Source of the DNA: the human T2T-CHM13v2.0 reference genome, Homo sapiens
Assembly: GCF_009914755.1 (NCBI RefSeq)
Contig: NC_060940.1
Reading direction: 5' to 3' (one strand)
Length of the DNA: 64,000 nucleotides
This document shows positions 16,201 through 28,300 of the stretch, in pieces. Each line of letters begins with the position of its first letter. The first letter of the stretch is position 1. Made by a program: the position numbers and the translations under genes. The notes beneath the pieces are model-generated. The model worked only from the letters and a program-made list of their open reading frames with translations. It was not told the origin of the DNA and did no database searches.

Positions 16201-19200
16201 CCATGATGATTCCTTTCGATTCCATTCGCTGATGTTTCCGTTCAATTCCATTCGATGATGATTCCATTCGATTCCATTCATTGAGGATTCCATTTGATTC
16301 CATTCAATGATGATTCCATTCTATTCCATTCAATGATTGCATTCAATTCCATTCAATGATTATCCCATTAGAGTAAACTCAAAGATTCCATTCAATACCA
16401 TTCGATGATGATTCCTTTTGAGTCCATTCAATGATTTCATTCAAGTCCATTTGATGATTCCTTTCAATTCCATTCTATGATGATTCCATTCGAGTCCATT
16501 CGATGATTCCATTCGATTGCATTCGATGATTCCATTATATTCCATTCAACGATGATTCCATTCGAGTCCATTCGATGATTCCATTAGAGTACATTTAATG
16601 ATTGCTTTGTTTTCAATTCGAAGATGATTACATTGGATTCCATTCTATGATACCATTCGATTCCATTCAATGATGATTCCACTAAAATCCATTGGATGAA
16701 TCCATTCGTGTCCATTCGGTGATTTCATTAGATTCCATTCGAGGATGATTCCATTTGATTCCATTCGATGATTCCATTCAATTCTATTCGATGATGATTC
16801 CATTCCAGTCCACATGATCATTCCATTTGATTTCATTCGATGATGATTCCATTCGATTCCATTCGATGATTCCATTCTATTCCATTCGATGATGATTCCA
16901 TTCGAGTCCATTCGATGATTCCATTCGAGTCCATTTAATGATTCCATTGGGTTCAATTCAATGATGATTACATTGGATTCCGTTCTATGATTCCATTCAA
17001 TTCCGTTCATTGACAATTTGATTCCATTCGATGATGATTCCATTTGAGTTCATTCGATGATTCTATTCGATTCTCTTCGATGGTGATTCAATTCTATTAT
17101 ATTGGATGATTCCATTCGATTCCATTTGATGTTGATTCAATTCGATTCTATTCGATGATGATTCCATTGGATTTCACTTGATGATTCTATTCGATTCCAT
17201 TCAATGATGATTCACTTCTCGTCCATTGGATGATTCCATTTCATTCCATTCGATGATGATTCCATTCGATTCCATTCGATGATTCCATTTGATTCCATGC
17301 GACGGTGAGCAATTCGATTCAATTCCATGATGATTCTATTTGATTCAATTAGATGATGTTTCCATTCGAATCCATTCCATGATTATTCCATTGGAATCCA
17401 TTTGGCGATGATTCCATATGAGTCAATTCAATGATGATTCCATATGGGTCCGTTCGATGATAATTCCATTTGATTTCATTCGATGCTTCTATTCTATTCC
17501 AGTCGATGATGATTCCGTTGGAGTCCATACGATGATTCCATTTGATTTCATTTGATGATGATTCCATTCGATGATGATTACATTGGATTCCATTCTATGA
17601 TTCCATTCAATTCCATTCGTTGATGATTCGATTCCATTCAATGATGATTCCATTTGAGTTCATTCGATGATTCTATTCGATTCCGTTCGATGGTGATTCA
17701 ATTCTATTATATTGGATGATTCCACTCGATTCCATTTGATGATTATTCCATTGGAGTCCACTTAGTGAATCCTTTAGATTCTACTCGAAGATGATTCCAT
17801 TCGAGTCCATTCAATGATACCATTCAATTTCATTCGTTGATGCTTCCATTCAAGTGCATTCGATGATATCATTCGATTCCATTTGATGATAATTCCATTT
17901 GATTCCATGCGATGATTCTATTCGATTCCATTCAATGATAATTCCATTCAATTCAGTGATTCCTCTGGAATCCATTTGATGATGATTCCATTCAATGATT
18001 CCATTCGATTCTATTCCAAAATGATTCCATTTGAATCCATTTGATGATGATTCCATTAGATTCCATTTGATGATTCCATTCGATTGCATTTGACGATGAT
18101 TCCATTCGATTCCATTTGATGATCCCATTCTATTCTATTCGATGATGATTCCATTCGATTCCATTTGATGATGATTGGATTCGATTCCATTTGATGATTT
18201 CATTTGATTCCATTCGTTAATGATTTCGATCAACTCCATTCGATGATTCCATTTGATTCCATTCGATAATGATTACATCCGAGTCCATTCGATGATTCCA
18301 TTTGAGCCCGTTCGATAATTGCATTTGAGTCCAATCAATGATTCCATTCATTTCCATTCAATGATTCCATTCGAGTCCATTTGATCATTCCGGTAGGGTC
18401 CGTTCGATGTTGATTCCATTGGAGTGCATTCGATGATTCCATTCGAGTCCATTTTATGATTTGATTCGAGTCCTTTCGATGATTCCATTCGATTCCACTC
18501 GATGATGATTTCATTCGAGTCCATTCGACACTTCCAATCGATTCCATTTGATGTTTCCATTCGAGTCCAATTGATGATTCCATTCAATTCCATTCGATGA
18601 TGATTCCGTACGATTCCATTCTGTGATGATTCCATGTGATTGCATTCCATGATGATTCCTTTCGATTGCATTCGATTATGATTCATTTCGTGTTCATTCT
18701 ATGGTTCCACAGGTTTCCATTCGATGACGTTTCCGTTCGTGTCCATTCCATTATTCCATTCTATTTCATTTGATGATGATTCCATTCGATTCCATTCATT
18801 GGTGATTCCACTCAATTCCATTCAATGATTCCATTCCATTTCTTTCAACAATGATTCCATTAGTTTCTATTCGATGATCCACTTGATTCCATTTGGCGAT
18901 GATTCCATTCGTGTCCATTCGATGATTCCATTTGATTCCATATGATGATGATTCCATTCGATTCCATACCATGATGATTCCATTCGAGTCCATTCAATGG
19001 TGATTCCATTCAATTCCATTCGATGATTCCTTCCGATTCCATTCGATGATGATGGCATTCGATTCCTTTCAATCATTCCCTTTGATTCCATTCAAAGGTG
19101 ATTTCATTCAAGTCCATTCGATAATTGCATTCGATTCCATTCTATGATGATTCCATTCGAGTCCATTTGATGATTCCATTCAATTCAAGTCAATGATGAT

Positions 19201-19429
19201 TCCATTCGATTCCACTCGATGATTCCATTGGATTCCATTCGATGATGATTCCATTCAAATCCATTCGATAATTCAATTCAAGTCCATTCGATGATGATTC
19301 CAATCGAATCCATTCAAAGATTCCATTCAATTCCATTCGATGATGATTCCCTTAGATTCCATTCGATGATTCCACTTGATTCCATTTACGATGATTCCAT
19401 TCGATTCCATGTGATGAATCCATTCAATT
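13299..19429 (+). repeat. Unit 4: full-length 6131-bp variant (+16 and +3 bp)
   Basis: Landmarks sit at canonical offsets (367, 1357, 2645, 3346, 4050, 4551, 5049) until a 16-bp extra module at ~18721-18736 and an extra ATG at ~19342. Confidence 0.9.
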
Positions 19430-22400
19430 CTATTCAATGATGTTTCCATTTGATTCCATTGGACCATGATTGCCTTTGATTCCATTCAATGATTCCATTC
19501 GGTTCCATTTGATGATGATTCCGTTCGATTCCATTTCATTATTCCATTTAATTCCATTGGATGAGTCCATTCGATTACATTCGATGATTATTCCATTCGA
19601 GTGCATTAGATGATTGCATTCGAGTCCATTCGATGATTCCATTCGATTCCATTCGATGTTGATTCTGTTCAAATCCATTCGATGATTCCACTCGATTCCA
19701 TTCGATGACTCCATTTGATCCCATTCGATGATTTCCTGTGATTCCCTTTGATGATCATTCTATTTGATTCAATTCGGTGATTTCATTTCATTCCATTCAG
19801 TGATGTTTCCATTCGACTGTATTCGATGATGATTCCATTCGACTCCATTCGATTATGATTTCATTCAATTCCATTCAATAATGATTCCCTTCGAGTCCAT
19901 TCGATGATTCCATTCGATTCCATTCAACGATGATTTGATTCGTTTCCATTCGATGATTCTATTTGATTCCACTTGATGATGATTCCATTCGAGTCCATTT
20001 GATGATTCCATTCGAGTCTATTTATGTATTATATTCGTGTCCACTTCATGATTCCATTCAATTCCATTTAATGTTGATTCCATTTGATTCCATTTGATGA
20101 TTCAGTTCGATTCCTTGCAATGATTCCCTACGATTCCTTTCTCTGATGATTCCATTCGATTCCATTCATTGATGATTTCATTCGACTCCATTCGATGATG
20201 ATTCCTTTCGATTCCATTTGACGATGTTTCCATTCGAGTCCATTCGATGATGATTCTATTCAATTCTGTTCTATTATGATTCCATTCGATTTCATTCAAT
20301 GTTTCTATTTGATTCTATTCGATGATGATTCCATCTCTTTCCCTTCGATGATTCCTTTTGATTCCATTCAGTGATGATTCCATTTGATTCCATCTGATGA
20401 TGATTTCACTTGATTCCTTTCAATGATGATTCAATTCAAGTCCATTCGATGATTCCATTGGAGTCCAAACGATCATTCCGTTCGATTCCATTCAATGGTG
20501 ATTCCATTCATGTCCATTCGATGAATCCATTCAATTCCATTCGATGATGACTCCATTCGAGTACATTCGATGATTCCATTTGATTCCATTTGAAGATGAT
20601 TCCATTCAATTCCATTCGAAGATGATTCCATTCAATTCCATTCGATGATGATTCCGTATGAATCCATTCTCTGATTATTCCATTCGATTCCATTCATTGA
20701 CGATTCCATTCAATTCCATTCAATGATGATTCTCTTCTATTCCATTCGATGATTCCGGTCGATTCCATTCGATGATGATTCCATTAGATTCCATTCGATT
20801 GTTGCATTCGATTCCCTTCGATGATGATTCCTTTGAATTCCATTCGATTATCATTCCGTATGAATCCATTTGATGATTATTCCATTGGATTCCTTTCGAT
20901 GATGATTCCATTCGAGTCCATTCGATGATTCTATTCGAATCCATTTGATGATTTCTTTTGATTATAGTTGTTGATGATTCCTTTGGAGTCCATTCCATGA
21001 TTCCATTCGATTCCAATCGATGATGATTCCATTAGTGTCCATTTAATGATTCCATTTGATTCCAGTCTCTGATGATTACATTCGAGTCCATACGATGATT
21101 CCACTCAATTCCATATGATGATGATTCCATTCGATTCCATTCGATGATTCCATTCTATTCTATTCAATGGTGATTCCATTCGAGTACATTAGATGATTCC
21201 ATTCGATTCCATTCAATGATGATTCTATTTGTGTCCCTTACATGGTTCCACATGATTCCATTAGATGATGATACTATTTGAGCCCATCCAATGATTCCCT
21301 TCGATTCCATTCGATGAGGATTCCATTCGATTCAATTCATTGGTGATTCTATTCAATTCAATTCTTTGATTCCATTCCATTCCATTCGACAATGATTCCA
21401 TTCGATTTCTTTCGATGATTCCACTCGATTCCACTTGACATTGATTCCATTCGATTCCATTCAATGATTCCGTTTGATTCCAGTGGATGATGATTGCCAT
21501 CGATTCCATTCGATCACTCCATTCTATTCCATTTGATGATGATTACATTCGATTCCATTTGATGATTCCATCTGATTCTATTCGAGGATTCCATTTGATT
21601 CCATTCGATGATGATTCCATTTGAGTCCATTCGATGATTTCATTCGAGTACATCCAATGATTCCATTCGAGTCCATTTGATGATTCCATTTGATTCCATT
21701 TGATTATGATTCTACTAGAGTCCATTCAATGACTCCATTCGAATCCATTCAACAATTCCATTCGAGTCCATTCGAAGATTCCATTTCATGATTCCATTCG
21801 AGTCCACTTAATCATTACAGTCGAGTCCGTTTGGTGATTCCACTGGATTTCTTTTGATAATGATACCATTCCATTACATTTGATGATGATCCCATTCAAT
21901 TTCATTTGATGATGATTCCATTAGAGTCCATTCAATGATTTCATTCGAGTCCCTTCATTGATTCCATACGATTTCATTGGATGATGACTCCATTCGAGTC
22001 CATTCGATGATTCCACTCGATTCCATTAGATGATTCCATTGGAGTCCATTTGATTGTTCCATTCGATTCCATTCAATTCCTTTCGAAGATTATTCCATTT
22101 GAGTCCATTCGACGATGATTCCATTCCATTCCATTCGATGATTCCGTTTGATTCCATTCGATGATTCCCTTTGATTCCTTTCTATGATGATTCCATTCCA
22201 TTCCATTCAATGATTCCATTCGAATCTATTCCATGATGATTCCTTTCGATTCCATTCGCTGATGTTTCCGTTCAATTCCATTCGATGATGATTCCATTCG
22301 ATTCCATTCATTGAGGATTCCATTGGATTCCATTCAATGATGATTCCATTCTATTCCATTCAATGATTGCATTCAATTCCATTCAATGATTATCCCCTTA

Positions 22401-25312
22401 GAGTAAACTCAACGATTCCATTCAATACCATTCGATGATGATTCCTTTTGAGTCCATTCAATGATTTCATTCAAGTCCATTTGATGATTCCTTTCAATTC
22501 CATTCTATGATGATTCCATTCGAGTCCATTCGATGATTCCATTCGATTGCATTCGATGATTCCCTTATATTCCATTCAACGATGATTCCATTCGAGTCCA
22601 TTCGATGATTCCATTAGAGTACATTTAATGATTGCTTTGTTTTCAATTCGAAGATGATTACATTGGATTCCATTCTTTGATACCATTCGATTCCATTCAA
22701 TGATGATTCCACTCAAATCCATTGGATGATTCCATTCGTGTCCATTCGGTGATTTCATTAGATTCTATTCGAGGATGATTCCATTCGATGATTCCATTCA
22801 ATTCCATTCGATGATGATTCCATTCCAGTCCATATGATCATTCCATTTGATTTCATTCGATGATGATTCCATTCGATTCCATTCGACGATTCCATTCTAT
22901 TCCATTCGAGGATGATTCCATTCGAGTCCATTCGATCATTCCATTCGAGTCCATTTAATGATTCCATTGGGTTCAATTTAATGATGATTACATTGGATTC
23001 CGTTCTATGATTCCATTCAATTCCGTTCATTGACAATTTGATTCCATTCGATGATGATTCCATTTGAGTTCATTCGATGATTCTATTCGATTCTCTTCGA
23101 TGGTGATTCAATTCTATTATATTGGATGATTCCATTCGATTCCATTTGATGTTGATTCAATTCGATTCTATTCGATGATGATTCCATTGGATTTCACTTG
23201 ATGATTCTATTCGATTCCATTCAATGATGATTCACTTCTCGTCCATTGGATGATTCCATTTCATTCCATTCGATGATGATTCCATTCGATTCCATTCGAT
23301 GATTCCATTTGATTCCATGCGACGGTGAGCAATTCGATTCAATTCCATGATGATTCTATTTGATTCAATTAGATGATGTTTCCATTCGAATCCATTCCAT
23401 GATTATTCCATTGGAATCCATTCGGCGATGATTCCATATGAGTCAATTCAATGATGATTCCTTATGGGTCCGTTCGATGATAATTCCATTTGATTTCATT
23501 CGATGCTTCTATTCTATTCCAGTCGATGATGATTCCGTTGGAGTCCATACGATGATTCCATTTGATTTCATTTCATGATGATTCCATTCGATGACGATTA
23601 CATTGGATTCCATTCTATGATTCCATTCAATTCCATTCGTTGATGATTCGATTCCATTCAATGATGATTCCATTTGAGTTCATTCGATGATTCTATTCGA
23701 TTCCATTCTATGGTGATTCAATTCCCTTATATTGGATGATTCGACTCGATTCCATTGGATGATTATTCCATTGGAGTCCACTTAGTGAATCCTTTAGATT
23801 CTACTCGACGATGATTCCATTCGAGTCCATTCGATGATACCATTCAATTCCATTCGCTGATGCTTCCATTCAAGTGCATTCGATGATATCATTTGATTCC
23901 ATTTGATGATAATTCCATTTGATTCCATGCGATGATTCTATTCGATTCCATTCAATGATAATTCCATTCATTTCAGTGATTCCTCTGGACTCCATTTGAT
24001 GATGATTCCATTCAATGATTCCATTCGATTCTATTCGAAAATGATTCCATTTGAATCCATTTGATGATGATTCCATTAGATTCCATTTGATGATTCCATT
24101 CGATTCCATTTGACGATGATTCCATTCGATTCCGTTTGATGATTCCATTCTATTCTATTCGATGATGATTCCATTCGATTCCATTCGATGATGATTGGAT
24201 TCGATTCCATTTGATGATTTCATTTGATTCCATTCGTTAATGATTTCGATCAATTCCATTCGATGATTCCATTCGATTCCATTCGATAATGATTACATCC
24301 GATTCCATTCGATGATTCCATTTGAGCCTGTTCGATAATTCCATTTGAGTCCAACCAATGATTCCATTCATTTCCATTCAATGATTCCATTCGAGTCCAT
24401 TTGATCATTCCGGTAGGGTACATTCGATGTTGATTCCATTGGAGTGCATTCGATGATTCCATTCGAGTCCATTTTAGGATTTGATTCGAGTCCTTTCGAT
24501 GATTCCATTCGATTCCACTCGATGATGATTTCATTCGAGTCCATTCGACACTTCCAATCGATTCCATTTGATGATTCCATTCGAGTCCAATTGATGATTC
24601 CATTCAATTCCATTCGATGATGATTCCGTACGATTCCATTCTGTGATGATTCCATGTGATTGCATTCAATGATGATTCCTTTCGATTGCATTCGATTATG
24701 ATTCATTTCGTGTTCATTCTATGGTTCCACAGGTTTCCATTTGTGTCCATTCCATTATTCCATTCTATTCCATTTGATGATGATTCCATTCGATTCCATT
24801 CATTGGTGATTCCACTCAATTCCATTCAATGATTCCATTCCATTTCTTTCAACAATGATTCCATTAGTTTCTAATCGATGATCCACTTGATTCCATTTGA
24901 CGACGATTCCATTCTTGTCCATTCGATGATTCCATTTGATTCCATATGATGATGATTCCATTCGATTCCATACCATGATGATTCCATTCGAGTCCATTCA
25001 ATGGTGATTCCATTCAATTCCATTCGATGATTCCTTTTGATTCCATTCGATGATGATGGCATTCGATTCCTTTCAATCATTCCCTTTGATTCCATTCAAA
25101 GGTGATTTCATTCAAGTCCATTCGATAATTGCATTCGATTCCATTCTATGATGATTCCATTCGAGTCCATTTGATGATTCCATTCAATTCAAGTCAATGA
25201 TGATTCCATTCGATTCCAATCGATGATTCCATTGGATTCCATTCGATGATGATTCCACTTGATTGCATTTACGATGATTCCATTCGATTCCATGTGATGA
25301 TTCCATTCAATT
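19430..25312 (+). repeat. Unit 5: 5883-bp variant carrying a ~880-bp unique HSat2 segment
   Basis: 6112-91-10-10-118=5883. Sequence ~20014-20895 has no colinear counterpart in the other units. Confidence 0.88.
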
Positions 25313-28300
25313 CTATTCAATGATGTCTCCATTTGATTCCATTCGACCATGATTGCCTTTGATTCCATTCAATGATTCCATTCGGTTCCGTTTGATGATG
25401 ATTCCGTTCGATTCCATTTGATGATTCCATTTGATTCCATTGGATGAGTCCATTCGATTACATTCGATGATTATTCCATTCGAGTGCATTAGATGATTCC
25501 ATTCGAGTCCATTCGATGATTCCATTCGGTTCCATTCGATGTTGATTCTGTTCAAATCCATTCGATGATTCCACTCGATTCCATTCGTTGACTCCATTTG
25601 ATCCCATTCGATGATTTCCTTTGATTCCCTTTGATGATCATTCCATTTGATTCAATTCGGTGATTTCATTTGATTCCATTCAGTGATGTTTCCATTCAAC
25701 TCCATTCGATGATGATTCCATTCGACTCCATTCGATTATGATTTCATTCAATTCCATTCGATAATGATTCCCTTCGAGTCCATTCGATGATTCCATTAGA
25801 TTCCATTCAACGATGATTTGATTCGTGTCCATTCGATGATTCCATTTGATTCCACTTGATGATGATTCCATTCGAGTCCATTTGATGATTCCATTCAATT
25901 CCATACTCCGATGATTTCTTTTGAGCCCACTCAATGCTTCCACTCGATTCCATATGATGATGACTCCATTCGATGAAATTCGATGATGATTCCATTCGCT
26001 TGCTTTCGATGATGATTCCACTTGAGTCCGTTAGAAGATTCTATTCAATTACATTCCATGACGATTCCGTTCGAGTCCATTTGATGATTCCATTAGACTC
26101 CATTCGACGATGATTCCATTCGATGTTATTCGATGATTCCATTAGATCTCATTCGATGATGATTCCATTCAACTCCATTCGATGTTTCCATTCGAGTTCA
26201 TTCTATTATTCCATTAGATTCCATTCGATGATGATTCCATTCGATTCCATTTGATGATTGCATTCTATTTCATTTGATGATGATTCCATTCGAGTCCATT
26301 TAATGAATCCATTGGTTTCAATTCTATGATGATTACATTGGATTCCATTCGTTGATGATTTCATTCGGTTCCATTCAATGATGATTCCATTCAATTCCTT
26401 TCAATGTTTCCATTCAATTCCATACGATGATGATTCCATTTGATGTGATTCGACAGTGAGCCATTCGATTCAATTCCATGATGATTCAATTTGATTCAAT
26501 TGGTTGACATTTCCATTCGATTCCATTCGATGATTATTCCCATTGATTCCGTTCAAAAATGATTCCATTCTAGCCCATTCAATCATTCCATTCGATTCTA
26601 TTCAATGATGATTCCATTCATGTCGATTTGGTGATTCCATTTGACTTCATTTGATGATGATTCCTTTCAAGTTCATTAGATGATTCCATTCGATTCCATT
26701 TGATGATGATCCCATTCGAGTCCATTCAGTGATTCCATTCGTTTCCATTCCATGATGATTCCATTCCTTTCCATTCAATGATTCCATTCGATTCCGTTTG
26801 ATGATGATTTCATTCGAGTCCATTTGATGATTCCATTTGATTCCATTCGATGATGATTCCATTCGAGTCCATTCGATGATTCTATTCGAATCCATTTGAT
26901 GATTTCTTTTGATTATATTTGGTGATGATTCCATTGGAGTCCATTCAATGATTCCATTCTATTCCAATCGATGATGATTCCATTAGAGTCCATTTAATGA
27001 TTCCATTTGATTCCAGTCTCTGATGATTACATTCGAGTCCATACGATGATTCCACTCAATTCCATATGATGATGATTCCATTTGATTCCATTCGGTGATT
27101 CCATTCTATTCTATTCAATGGTGATTCCATTCGAGTACATTAGATGATTCCATTCGATTCCATTCAATGATGATTCTATTTGTGTCCCTTAGATGATTCC
27201 ACATGATTCCATTAGATGATGATACTATTTGAGCCCATCCAATGATTCCCTTCGATTCCATTCGATGAGGATTCCATTCGATTCAATTCATTGGTGATTC
27301 TATTCAATTCAATTCTTTGATTCCATTCCATTCCATTCGACAATGATTCCATTCGATTTCTTTCGATGATTCCACTCGATTCCACTTGACATTGATTCCA
27401 TTCGATTCCATTCAATGATTCCATTTGATTCCAGTGGATGATGATTGCCATCGATTCCATTCGATCACTCCATTCTATTCCATTTGATGATGATTACATT
27501 CGATTCCATTTGATGATTCCATCTGATTCTATTCGAGGATTCCATTTGATTCCATTTGATGATGATTCCATTCGAGTCCATTCGATGATTTCATTCGAGT
27601 ACATCCAATGATTCCATTCGAGTCCATTAGATGATTCCATTTGATTCCATTTGAAAATGATTCTACTAGAGTCCATTCAATGACTCCATTCGAGTCCATT
27701 CAACAATTCCATTCGACTCCATTCGATGATTCCATTCGATTCCATTTGATGGTTCCATTCGAGTCCATTTAATCATTACAGTCGAGTCCATTTGGTGATT
27801 CCACTGGATTTCTTTTGATAATGATACCATTCAATTACATTTGATGATGATCCCATTCAATTTCATTTGATGATGATTCCATTAGAGTCCATTCGATGAT
27901 TTCATTCGAGTCCCTTCATTGATTCCATCCGATTTCATTGGATGATGACTCCATTCGAGTCCATTCGATGATTCCACTCGATTCCATTAGATGACTCCAT
28001 TGGAGTCCATTTGATTGTTCCATTCGATTCCATTCGATTCCTTTCGAAGATTATTCCATTTGAGTCCATTCGATGATGATTCCATTCCATTCCATTCGAT
28101 GATTCCGTTTGATTCCATTCGATGATTCCCTTCGATTCCTTTCTTTGATGATTCCATTCCATTCCATTCAATGATTCCATTCGAATCTATTCCATGATGA
28201 TTCCTTTCGATTCCATTCGCTGATGTTTCCGTTCAATTCCATTCGATGATGATTCCATTCGATTCCATTCATTGAGGATTCCATTTGATTCCATTCAATG

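Noticed and set aside
20014-20045. AT-rich TATTTATGTATTATAT stretch as a TATA promoter or transposon end
   Set aside because: It reads as a degenerate satellite module at the start of the unique segment. No target-site duplication, terminal repeat or downstream gene.
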